The position numbers and the translations under genes were made by a program. Of a stretch of 64,000 nt of DNA, positions 38,518 to 51,800 are shown one piece after another. The notes under the pieces are model-generated. The model searched no databases and was not told the origin of the DNA. It saw only the letters and a program-made list of their open reading frames with translations. The stretch comes from Phoronis australis (lineage: Eukaryota; Animalia; Phoronida), in NCBI GenBank assembly GCA_002633005.1, contig NMRA01000448.1, positions 308,286 to 372,285 on the forward strand, read 5' to 3'. Every line of letters begins with the position of its first letter. Positions within the stretch are counted from its first letter, which is position 1.

Positions 38518-41500
38518 CTCACTGCAGGTTCACCACACTTTTCCCCATCCTATGATAGGTTGTCGAAAGTGGTTCTATGAGTGGAGCCGAAGCGATATCA
38601 GAGGCCAAACTAACTACCACAGCATCCTCCCAAGGCCACAGCTCGGTGTTTATAACGAATGACCAGTGTAATTGACGGGTTTGTTGACTAATTTTGCAGA
38701 GAAATCGCTGATTGTATAGAACAGTACCACAAGAGTACTGTTTAATGAACAATAATAACAAAATGAAAATGAAGCAATGAAATTAGGTTTGATTTGATCT
38801 ACAACTCTCAATCAAAACTCAGTCGAGAAGGCAGCTGAAAATTCGCAAACTAGTACATAGGTCACATGCAGGAGTTGGCATTTCAGGGCTAGAGTTCTAT
38901 GGTAGAATTCAAGTCAGTTCGACATGTTCTCAAAATTACTGTCAAGAGTCTTTACATTTACTCTGCCTCTGCTGTTGCTGTTTTTAGTCGGTGTAACTTG
39001 GGTGGCAAACCAAAGGGGGGGAGGGGGGCTTTACTTTTTTCAGTACTAGGTTGCACATGGTCTATACTGGGCGGTGCACCACTTTTTTCAATGCTGCGCC
39101 ACCCATGTGTAAGCTTTTTGGTGATGTGAGCGACCTGTTGAGCATGCACATTTTTTAAGGTAAAGGAACAAGTAGGACAAGACACCTTGCCGTGAATGTT
39201 GCCTATTGAATTACGAAAATATGGAGGTACTAATGCTATTTATTGGTGTTGATGTGAACAAATGTAACCAGAGAATGTGTTAGAGTCGCAGATAAAATGT
39301 GTGACACAAAGTTCTTCTAGATTGACATGCTTTGAGTTATTCCGGAAGTGCCCGGTGAGCAACCATACTGGATAGCAGTTGTGTACATTTCTTTTTATTA
39401 AATAAAGTAGAAAATAAATCTGAAACTAAATAAGGCAATCCAGATCCTCCCAAGGATACTGTTGTTTCACGAAATGTAGAATATAGGTAAATAAAACAAC
39501 AAGAAGGGATCAACTGAAATTTTGGGATATAATAATGTCCTTAGTCAACAGAAACAGAAATAAAGTAAAATCAAACACTATTAGAGTATTGTATCAAGCA
39601 GCTGCCAAGAGTGCCTGTGATCAGTATGGTGTGGCCACTATCTTTGCTGCTAGTTGAGACGGTGGCACTTGTCTAGCTGGACACTGGCCACAGACATATT
39701 AACACTTTAGGTACTGGTTACGACTGGCTATGTGTCTTAGATAGTACCACCATGTGAACTGGGCCAGTTCAACTGGCAAGGACTTAAGTCATCCCATAGG
39801 GCCGCCATACGTATTAAGGCTTTTGGCAAATTATGTTAATTATGCCTCACACAGCATAGAGGAACAACTAGAGTCCCATCCATGTGCAGACTTACCCTAG
39901 AACAATTTGTGCTAGTGCTCTGTGCCCACCTTTAAGTGGAGCGTCCACATGCATACAGGTAGCCAATAAGGCAGGAGTTGTTGCTCTCAGCTGATGCAAA
40001 TACGTGCAAAAGAAGACCCATCTGTACATAATGGCAACTTATAATTACTTCCACCACATAGTGATTATAAGTGGTAAAAGTTACCCTAGAACAAGTTACT
40101 TTACCTCGATACGGTAGAGTTGCTGTGTGTGAACTTGGAATCTTGCGTAAGGTTATCTCCAACCTTATTTAGTGGCCTCCATTCTAACTCGTATATCAAA
40201 AAACTAAGCTTTGAAAGAAAAAAGATCAGGGAATATAAAAATACTTTCTGTATTTATGTACCATTTCTATTTTTAAGTAAAAATCTTTTTAAGTCAAAAT
40301 CTCATTTTTAAGAAAGGTACATTCATTGCAAAATAACCTCTCGGTCGATTTTAATGAAACCTTTTTTAAATGAAAACTTCACCAGTTGCCTCAAAAACGC
40401 TGTTAGGAATTTTCGATTAGTCTTTTCATTTGGTTTCTATGACAAATCAACTCGCAAAACGTCAGGTATTTTTGTTATGGCGACTTTGTAAATGAAAGGA
40501 CTGAGGATATACGAAGCTGTTCTGTACCTGGCGGGAGATTCAGTTTGATTGAAAGCCCTTTAACCTTTGACCAGTTAAGTAGTAAACAAATATCCACGGG
40601 GCTGTGCATTTCCAAGGTGGTTCTGCTAAATCTTTTTTTTTCTCGCTACGCGGTATGTATTTTGTATTTGAAGTTCCCGAGAATGACAATAAGGTATTTT
40701 GCTAGATAGTTGTGAAATATTGAAAAATGGCCAATTTTTGTAAATAGGGTTTGAGACATCCTTAATCTCAAGATCTTGTATGCATGAACTTAGAATATAT
40801 GGGGAAACTTGACAATTTCACTCAAATAATCACTTTCACGTTGATAAAAATTTGTACTGCACTAAAACGTATTACATCTTAATAAAATAATGCAAATTTT
40901 AGTCAACCTTTTTTCAACTATTGGCGATCTTATTCTCTATTCACATATTCCTCCGATTCTTTGACACAAGTTACTGTAAAGGAGAAATTGTCATGTACCT
41001 GGCTTTGGAATTTATTGCTCTGTGCTCGGCATAAGTGCAATGTACTGTTTTAGTGTTAAGTGGATGCTGCTGGAGTGCTCTGTCTGTTCAGTGCTTGCCA
41101 TGACTTTAAAACTAGTTTTATGCTTTATTGTTGTCAATTCAATTCTACCTTTACAGGTGAGTGAATCCGTCTCATTTCACTGGTTCCGAAACATGTGATT
41201 GCTGTGTTGGGCATCTTTTGTTGTGGTTATCTTTTTTCATTCATCACTAACTCATCAAGTACTTGTGAACCATTTAACGTACTTGCCTGGCTCCTCTCGG
41301 GTAGACTAAAACTGGAAGGTTAGACTGGTGTGCAGATAATTGCCTGTGATTTTGTTTTTTTAGATTATTTAAATTTGATATATTTTTGTTTGCTAGAAGA
41401 GTTCTGGACTTAACAATGTGATTTGAAAAGCTGGTTGCTTCAGGATACATTTGAGAACAGTGTATGCAGCTCTTGTCAGGAATGCTGGTCAGGTCCACTG

Positions 41501-42669
41501 ACGTACAGATCTCATGCTCCGCAGTTTTGTTTTTGTATTGAGAGGCCTTTCATTCACAATATTTCTTTACATTCAGTGGTCTACTTGGACTGTCTTGTCA
41601 TCTCTGTTATGGTAATTCTTGACTTATTTACCTCACATTGTGGTTGACGAGTGAAATTCTATTTTTTGAATTCCTTCACAAAAGTAGATTAAGAACATTT
41701 TTATCTATATTATGAGCATGAATTGTGTCTAGTTGGCATATAACGCCTTTCGACGAAACTCCTGGTATTTGAAAAAAGGTTATCAACCTTTGAAAAATGT
41801 AAACAATAACCATATTGGTGATTGATTTTTGCAAAATTAATGCAGAATTACCATTCACTTAAATGTCATAAACTACGTGCTAAGGCGTTGTTTGTAAGAT
41901 TATTAACCTGCAGGGATTGAAACTTCAACATTTTGTACACATAGCCATTTTTTCATATATCTGTAACTCATTAAGGTTGACTTTCTCTCTGGATGACGAT
42001 AACATTGTTGGTGGGGGCAGTGTTAATTCTGCTCTCTTGTACAAGCAGTGAGATTTCAGTGTTTTTTAAATCCTTTGCTGTCACATTGCAAATACTGTGC
42101 GGTAGGATAATCAAATGAAAATGTCCAATGTCTAAAAATGTTGTGTTTTATCCCTTGCACACCAGATTTAGAAATTGCATCGCGTAAAAAATGTTTTTTG
42201 CTCTCACAGTGCCAAAGAGTTATTAGCTGAATGTCCTCTGTTGGTAAAAAAAAAATATGTGGAACCTTGAATTTAATTTCTTTCTAGGTTAAAAATAGAG
42301 GTTGTTTAAAAATCTTGTGTGGTCATAGTGTATATGACTCGGTGAGCTGAAACCTAATAACCTAGCTGATGCCGCAGCATCCGGTGACATTACCGTATAT
42401 CGTGTAGGAGTCATTGAAACTTTCACGTCGATGCATTGATTTCCCATGCGTTATGCGAAACCCCAGGTGGTGAAAATTCAAACATCCAAACAATACCAAG
42501 ATTGCTGTATCCTTTCCCTGTGGTGACTGTGCTTTCAAACCAAATTACCAAGCAAAGGTGATACCTGAGAGTATAATGTACATTTTAGTTGGCAGTGAGT
42601 TCCTGCCAACCTTTTGTTGTCAAATTTCCGTTTGATTGAATTTCGGTTCTTGTCTCTGCAGGACCAACC

Positions 42670-42804
42670 ATGCTTGCTGAAGTTTTCCTGCTTGGGGCCA
42701 TTTTTTTCCACCTGTGGCTTTGTCCATTTACCAAAGTAGAGGAGAGCTTCAATATGCAGGCAATGCATGACATCCTATACAGAGGAGTGGTGGACATCAG
42801 TCAG
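42670..42804 (+). CDS. ALG12: ALG12 coding exon 1
   Basis: Acceptor TGCAG at 42661 then ACCATG (implies an upstream 5'UTR exon); CAG|GTATGG donor. Confidence 0.92.
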
Positions 42805-45800
42805 GTATGGTTATATGGTAATTTTTATCTTAATTTGCTCAATAGTTTTTGCCGCTGTTATTTTTATGTACACATACATATGTGGGCACTTATTGCCAGG
42901 GTCCTCAATCCCTATATTTTGGGGCCTCATTCCCCTCTCAAAATAGTGAAAAATCACGCAAAATTCCCCTCAGGATGCCCCAAAATTCTTCTAAGTGATT
43001 GAAAATTTCCCCTCGAGGTTCACTCAGTTGACAATTTGAGGGAGTACAAAATGATAGAGGCAGAGCTTATTAGGGGTTGCAAAACGGTAGGGTTGCTATT
43101 GACGGTGATTGGGAGGTAAAGTTTTCCCCTTGGATGAACAAAGGCCTTGATTCTTGTCATCTCTGGCTGGGTATGCAGGATCTTAAGAGATTTTGCAAGT
43201 ATTTTCGTAACTATTATTAAAATCTCTTGGTCTATTTACACCGACCTCTAGTCTATATACACTGTCACGACGTTTCGGTCGGTCTCTTCTCCGGCCATCG
43301 TCAGGTGTTCCTGCGTTCTTAGAAGAATGAGCACGGATACGTGGTACACTCATGGTGTGATTTTTTGTGCGCACAGAAAATCACATGGTAACCACCTGCA
43401 CCCACCCACACACGAGGAAAAACATTACAATGGCAATTTTTTTTAATGTTTGCCTTTGTATCATTGTAAGTTTTTGGACGGATTTCCATGAAATTGGCAA
43501 ATAGATTTGAGACACCTTCTCATTTTTGGATGGTTCAATGTATTCTGTGCTGTCTAATGGCCATTTTTATGATACTAATGGTGACCCCTAGAGGCATACT
43601 GTTTGCGGTGCAGTTGTGGGTGCATTTTCATGCTCCACGTTGCTCTTGTTACATTTCGAATATTTTTCTTGTGGTGTAAGTCAGAAGATATCGTCTGCAG
43701 TACTGCTCTCGCTGTACAAATATGTTGTTCATGGTCGGCGGCTCATAAACATTTGGTGACATCACAGATAACTTCAGCTCCGTTATCTAACATTATCCGT
43801 TATATTGCAGTATGATCACCACCAGTTTCCTGGAGTAGTGCCGCGCACTTTCATCGGACCTCTTCTCATCTCAGGCTTATCCTACCCCTTTCTTCGTGTT
43901 GCTAGGATCACAAGGTTACCCGACACATTGGGAATTGCTGAAAAATTGATGTGCCAATATCTTGGTAAGCTGCCTAGTATTGTTGTCATTATTTCTGTGG
44001 TATTCCTTAGGTTAATATATTGTTTAGTTACATTAAAGACCTACTATGGTGTCAAAATGACTATTGTTATATCAAAAATACTTGCTGTTGTGACACTCAG
44101 CTTGCTGGTTGCAGCTGATTAATTGAAAACAATCTAATAAATGTCATTTTTGCATAATTCTCTGCCTTTTATAGGGAAGTCTGTTGTTTTGAAAACAAAA
44201 CACACGTGCTATTTCCTAAAATTTTAAACGTCATCTCTCAGGAGATGATGACAGCTTCGCAGCAGCAAAATTTGTTCTAAAACTTGGTTTGCTGGTATTA
44301 TAATTCTGAAAACTTGTAAAGAAATGAAACCAGTTCTATAATTATTTGTTGTGTCATGTGCGCAACCTCGTGGAAGAAAAGAAGTCGATTGAAGAATCGG
44401 GGAAAAAAGAAACTGGCTAACAGGTGACGCAATATTTCATGGCACCACAATCCGATGCAAAAGACAGCACCACACTTCTTTTGGCCTTTTGTTCTTTGTT
44501 TTGCTCTCAATTAGTGGTGCTATATGGTACACAAAAAACTACTTCATGTATTGATGAGTGTGTGTTCTAGCGATAAAATCAGAAGGATTTACTTATTTCA
44601 AAACTATTGCGCAATACATCTAAGGCTCCTAAAGTCCTTTCAAGGGAGGCTTTACGAGAGTTTCTTTAATTGTTCATTCATATTACAATGAGTTATTAAT
44701 ATTTTCTAGTCAGAGGCATGTTGGGAATATTTGTTTTCTACACCTTTCTGAGATTCCGTGGGGCGATCAGCAAAATATTTGGCTACAGTGTTGCACGATG
44801 GTTCCTTCTGATCACAGCCACACAGTTCCACCTGGTGTTTTACTCTAGCAGGAGTCTACCAAACATTTTTGCCTTAGCATTTAGTGAGTATTGCTAGGCT
44901 AAAAGAAATTTCCTTGATGATTTCTGTATTAAGGCCTGTGGCGTATATTCAGCAGTTTGTGTTTTAGAGACAAGTGAAATGTATTATAACTGGACTTCAT
45001 AATTTAGTATCGATAATTATTGAATATATTTTCAGTCTTTGTCCTGGGCTAAAAAACAACTCTTGATTTGAAAAACAGTTTATAATTGATATTCATACGC
45101 TGTTTTTGGTTTCTCTTTTTTTCAATTATTTCTTTAAGTGAGCACAATGTAGCTGTATATTATTTTGTAAACTTTCGTCTAGCTTTACTAGCATTACCTC
45201 CATGATGACGAACACGTGACTGTATGATTTCAGCATTACTTTCGATGGCATATTTCATGGAGAGACAACTTCACAAGTTTGTCATCACGGCAACTTTTGT
45301 CATGGTAGTGTTCAGAGGGGAATTGGCTCTACTCTTTGGACCCTTTGTGATCATGGAGCTCCTACAAAGACGGCTGTCATTTAGTGAACTGCTCAAGTAT
45401 GGGCTGCTGGCATCCGTGTTTAGCTTAGGTGAGTTTACCTTGTATGCACTCTGATTGGTCTAAACTTAGTCTGGTCATAGATCCATTATGTGGCCCTTTG
45501 GAAGAAGCAGCAGAGGTTTTGGCCTACTAAATAAGTAAAGTGTAGTGCTTTTAAATATGTCAAGGACATCGAAATTCACGTGTTTATAATGATCTGGCTC
45601 TTAACTGAGAAAAAAGTAGATAAGAACAAGGTCTGTTTAAGTGCTTGTATATGTATTCAGGCTACACTCCAACAATGATAACGGTCATCTGAAAAAAAAC
45701 AGACAATGCCTACTAAAACCCTCTACAAACTAATGCATGAAAATTGAAATTATTTCTTGTGGTAAAATTTCACCAATTTCGTACAAAAATAATTGTCAAT

Positions 45801-48800
45801 ATCCTACTTTTTACTAGTAATTCTTCTAACATTTGTTGTGAATGCCAACTGTATTTTCAAAATATCGTTTGTTGGTAGCTGTGGTGCATAACAAAGTGTC
45901 ATTTTGCTACTGTGTATCATTTATGAAAACTGAGACAATAAAATTTTGCCTGTCTACCATATTGTGCCTAAATTGGTGAGATTTTATCAAGGTAATATTG
46001 TCTGGCAGTTTTTCATCATTCTTTTCTGAATACATTGCTGACAATCAGTCATATTTGAAACAATATCATGCTCGTCATGTTTTTATTATCATTATGCTGC
46101 TGGTGTATGATCATTTTGCTCAGATGGGTGTGGTCATTGGTTTTTGATGTACTTGTCAAATACTACCTTTTGTTTTAGCTCTGACTGTGGGCGTGGACTC
46201 CTACTTCTGGCAAAGGAGGTTGTGGCCTGAGGGAGAAGTTCTCTGGTTCAACACTATTCTCAATAAAAGTTCTAACTGGGGCGTATCCTTTCAAGCTCAG
46301 CTTCGCAACACTTTACTTTATTAAAATGATAATAATTAGAGGCCTTTACAACCTATGGAATTATGCATTTCTGTACAGGGTAATATTCAGCTTTCTGCAG
46401 TAATCAAAGGTTGATCAGTGGGAATCTTTATTGTCCCTATTGCCCGGTTGAGAATTTGACATGTTTGACACGCTCCGAGAACATGGAGTATTGAAACACT
46501 GTGTAAAGTGTGTCATACGTGTAAAACGTGGCGTGTAAAACGTGGCGTGTCATACGTGGCACGTAAAACATGGCGTGTAAAACCTGTAAAACTTGGCAAG
46601 AACGTGTAAAATGCAGCATGTAGAATGTAGCAAAAACATGTTAAACATGGTGTTTAAGGCGTGGTAAAAACATGTAATTTTCGTTCCAATACTCCACGTT
46701 CGACACACTTTAGCCTCTGTCAAGCAGAATATGTACATAACAAACTTCTTTTAGAGCTGCATCACACCCATAGACCGTGCTTCAAAAGTGCTCTCCTGAC
46801 ACAACTGCACTATCTGACTGCTAAACCAACTCTAACTCAGTGTTTGGACATTTCAAAATACAGTCAAATCTTTTGTTGCAAATTCTATGATGCTCTTAAT
46901 AGAACTTGTTTGGTTATCCACATTGGGTCATGACATCACAGCAGCCTTTTCAGAAAGTGAATTTTTGTTGAACAGATCAACCATGGATTCCATCTCTACA
47001 CATTTGCCACATGTTTTTACAATATGTTTATTTTGTATTACAGGCCTCTGGCCCAAAGTACAATAAACAAAAATAAACAGGCACATTAATTTTGCACACA
47101 CAGTCAACCCATTTAAGTGTTGTTCTCTTCTTTTAAGGGCGGAATGCACATTATCTGTGTTATCTAGCAGGCGTATACTGGATTCTTAAGTTGGGTGCTT
47201 CCATTGAACTTCCTTCAAGTTCATAAAATGTGACCTAAGTTCACAATATCCCTTGAAAATCAACAGGAAGTGGTATTCATCCTCTACAAGACCATCATTG
47301 CAAATCAAACATAATCTATTATAATAATCCACTTTCTCGTGTCCACCCACTTCCATTTGTAGTCTGTGGTTGGAGCAACGTAACTGAGTAAACTCTTGAA
47401 TAAGACTATTATGTAGGGGTAACTTAAGATATGGTTCAAAACAATACAGAGTCTTAAAGTTACGTTATTTAAGTTTTGCATTATGTTCAATTTCTGATCG
47501 CCAACCTTGCTCATAATTCTTTGCGCAAAGATACTTAAAAACGAGACTTCGCACGTGAGATCTTGAGTCAACCAAATTTCATAAAAACCGTATTTTGATA
47601 GCAATTGTCTAACAGAAGATACCCAACTACTTCTCCCATTCCGATCTAAATCATCTAACATGTCATAAGCCGCTTCAGCATATCCAGCAGATGGCATTTT
47701 CGTTAACTTTAGCCAATATTATACACATGTGACATAGTACTTTGCATAGAGCAGATAAATTCCACATTCACCCAATACAGCTGCATTTGATCAAGAGTTT
47801 CCAACTGCAAGAGCAATTTTACAGAATTTAACATATACATTTTCAAGCCATTCATATTCTTTGAATCCTCAGATTTCCGCACCTTAGCACATAGTTGGCA
47901 CAGCAATTTTATCAAACAGCTTAAGTGATAGCTCAATGGTAATTCCGTGCACCGGTTTCTAATTTAGCAGCTTTACTACCTTGACATGCCAGAGTTTTAG
48001 TGGCTTTGGACCAAACTAATCTTGGTGTAAAAAATATTCCAAGATATCTATATTGGGAGACAACCTCCACTAACTGATTTCCATAATACCACTTCTCATA
48101 CGCTCTGAGTGGCCGCCATTTCTAAAAACAATGACCTTAGTTTTTTCAGATAAAGGCAGTTTAACATTCTTAAGTAGTAGTTTCTGAGACAACCTATGGA
48201 GTCCAAAAATCTACATGACATGTCACAGAATTGGCTGAAATTTTACCAGTGGATTCATATCCATCTCAAACTGCACCAACCACCATGCTAATACACTCAT
48301 TGACCTCTCCATCTAGTTTTTATATCTCCCTGAAATTTTTACCTGAAATATGCACATGTTTCATCGTACCACCTAATTTAAGTACCGAAACTCAAATTCA
48401 CATATTGATAAGGATGTTGCAAGCTGTAGCAAAATGACTCTTGAAATATGTAGAATAAAAGTGACTATAAGAAATGTCGTAAGACTGGTCTTTTTTTGAT
48501 TTCATGCGTAGGAATTTATTTTCGTAATACACCAACAGTAACGTAAGTTTTGAATTGGCTTAGAAACACTGTTTACCGTGCAGAATTATCTTGTTTACAG
48601 TTTCTTTGCTCGCAGACTGGTTTGTCGTATCACTGCTAATTGGAAATGAATGTTGTCACCAAACTACACAGAAAAATCACCTAAGTTCACAGAAGGGGGA
48701 ATGGCTTGCCTCCCCCCCCCCTTCTAGGACTTCCAATGGTCCTAAATTAAAAAGAACCTTCGTATCCTATTAACATAAAAATCATGATGTTTGTAGTTCA

Positions 48801-51800
48801 TCTTTTTACAAAACTGCTGTGTAATCAGTGTGTCTGAGTTGCCTAAAAGTGCACGGTATACTCTGTAAAAGTACATGTTAACCACTAAGCGGGCAAAATA
48901 CCAAACTTTTGACTTTATGCATGTACTACTTGCCCAATACTGCCAATTCACTCTGGTTTCATATTCACACATGCTATATCCTTCACTCGCTTTCTCATTG
49001 AAAATAGTCAAAATCAACAAGTTGAAAATGAGCAAAAATTCTCAATTTTTTGAAAAGCCAGTACTTAAATACTAAAATATCAAACATGTTTCCGGATCTT
49101 AAGGTCAGATACATTCACAGAAAAAACATCTGCTATTCCTAACTTTTCAGGTGTCTCAATCAATAGTCTTGCAAAGTTGACAGCTTTTTTTACTGAGTTT
49201 AAAGTGCAAGATCAGCATAAAAACAAAAACGAGGCTTGTGTCAGAAAAAACAGTGCATATTTAGGTATATAGTAGACCAAGTCCTAATAAAGTTTCATGA
49301 AAATCTGTGACTGTCGATGTAAAACCACCCATAGGTGCTCTCAGAAATTGCTACTTTACTAGTTGATAGGTTTTAAATGGCCGTTACTGAAATGATTGGT
49401 TATAGAGATGCTGGTAGATTGAACATAGTTCGTACACTGTCTTGAAACTCCTTGAATTTAGAGCACGGCCTTGGGTAGTCCTTGAATAAAATTCTGGCTT
49501 GAATTGCCTTGAATTTTAGCATCTATTATTGAAAACATATGAAAAACGTTGATTTTAAGTAGGTGGACTATGAATGCATTGTGTGTCCTATAGAAATGAA
49601 CATAATTTCCGTAACTGACTCTCAGACATCACCCTTTCTCTGGTACTTTTACTCCGCCATTCCAAGAGCGCTAATGACTTCAGTTGCCTTCATACCAGTC
49701 GGCGCCTATCTGGATTTGAAGGCTCGTCGATTAGTCACATATGCCCTAATTTTTGTTGTGCTTTTCTCGAATCTCCCGCACAAGGAACTGCGATTCATAT
49801 TTTATGCACTTCCCTTGCTTAACTTGACAGCAGCCGTTGGCTGTGATAGACTGTAAGTAATGGTTATGGTAAAGTATATCTTGCTTACTAGTTAACGCAG
49901 AGTTGACTTTTTGTACTTTGAGCTTTTGTCATCCTGTTAGCATGTATTTAAAATGTGTTATCTCTATTAGTCGGTAAACCAACTCTTAAACAGGGTTGGA
50001 AGTCGGTACATTGAAAGTGCAGAGTTTAGTGTCATGCTTATCACACTCAAATTGCACATTAAATATTAAACTGCGCACGTCGAACTCACGATTGCGTGAG
50101 AACATTTATCTGCAGAAATAATACGGTGAATATAAATGCTCGTAAATCAAGCCCTTCAAAAGAGCTTATTCACTCGAGGATTTGATGGTTTGCTATTTGC
50201 TTTTCACTATGCCATTTGCATTTTCTTCCAAGTAGTGAATTTGCGAACTAAAAAAATCACTTGAAACATTGTTCACAATCCGTGTCACTACTGTCATTTG
50301 GTCAAAACCTGAAAGTACAAGATGTCAGATTTGATTCGCTGTTGTTAGAGAGGCAAAATATAACTGGGTGAGACCATGATTTGATTAGTACTGCCACACA
50401 CAAAAAGTATTTTCTCCCATTTTTTCTGATTTATGTCCATTTCACAAATTTGTGAAAAAAGTTTCAATGGAGCTTCAGGTCTGCTTGTGTCAATTATTGT
50501 CTATAACTCTATTAGGGACACGCAACTATATGTGGAACATTGGAGTAAAATCAAGGAGCAAGTTACATGCATGCCTGTTTAATAGCATGTGAGCAGAGGT
50601 TCTCACTTAGATACTGTAAGAGGCGACCTGTCTGCTGCTGTTCTGGATATGTAGACCTATCGCCCATTTGCGACAATGAGCAATGAAAGTAATTAACTTA
50701 AAGTGCATGATTTGAATACAGTCTGGTGTACTTGAATGCTCGTATATACAGTCACCTTTTCTTTGAAGTGTTTTACCATGTGCAGCTGGTGTAGGTGTAC
50801 ATTTGATTACTCTCAGTGCCATCTTCACAGTTGGCAACTACTGCATGTTGCGTACTTGAGAATGCTTTGTTCAAATTGTTATAGGATTAAAAACAGACAC
50901 AAGGGATTTTTATGGTTCCTACTGTCTGCTGCCTGCCTCTGGCAGATTCTGATCAACATGATGGGGACGTCTGCTTTCCTTTACATCAGCCATGACAATT
51001 ATCCAGGAGCGAAAGCTTTAGCATTTATGCATCAAATAGAACCACCAGAAGTTGGTGAGTTGATGGTTCAGTCAGTGTTTACTGCTATCACTTGAATTAG
51101 GTAACGCAAGACAAACATATGTATTTACATTCGACCAATGTTGACATCATGTGGGGAACGAGTTATGTGGTCTCTTAAGTCAGCTCAGTTCATAGCCATT
51201 ATTTTGGCCCTTTCGCTACAATCGACGTTAACTGTGATTAATCCAGAAGTTAAGCGCGAGTGTTCACATCGACTTCTGATTTACAGTTCAGCGAAGTTAT
51301 CGCAAGCCGGCGCTAATATGACCTTCACCTTTTGCAAATAGGGATTTTGCACTGTCAAATGTTCAGTGATTTTTTGTTTTTTAAGGAAAGAAACCAGCAA
51401 ACACATGGACAAATTGAAACAGAATGCTTATAATGCCAAAATAACAAATACTGGAGCAAAATATTAAAAAATATTAACCAGTTGCCGCCCGCTGTTGGCA
51501 AACTCAGTGACTCTTGCCAATAAATCGGATGGCATTGAAGTTAAGGGTTATCATTGTACCACAGCGTTGATGCTTCACTGTCAAATCCACCTCTTAACTT
51601 CAGAGTTAACTAGCGCGGTTAACTCCGATAAAAGACCGAAGTGTTCTGAAGCTTCCGAGGCAGTGGGAAAGGCCTTTTTGGCTGGTTTTCTGCCCCATCA
51701 TGTTCCAAACTAATTTTTGTGTGGTCATAATATTTGATGCTCTGGGTTTTAAAATGTTTTGTTTGATGGCCTAGTCACGTGTACTTCTAGTATGTAGGAC

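Larger units (their letters stand above)
46283..49625 (+). other. U12-type (minor spliceosome) GT-AG intron of ALG12
   Basis: 5' site GTATCCTTT; branch-site-like TTTCCGTAAC at 49606-49615, 10 nt before the AG; no polypyrimidine tract. Confidence 0.88.
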
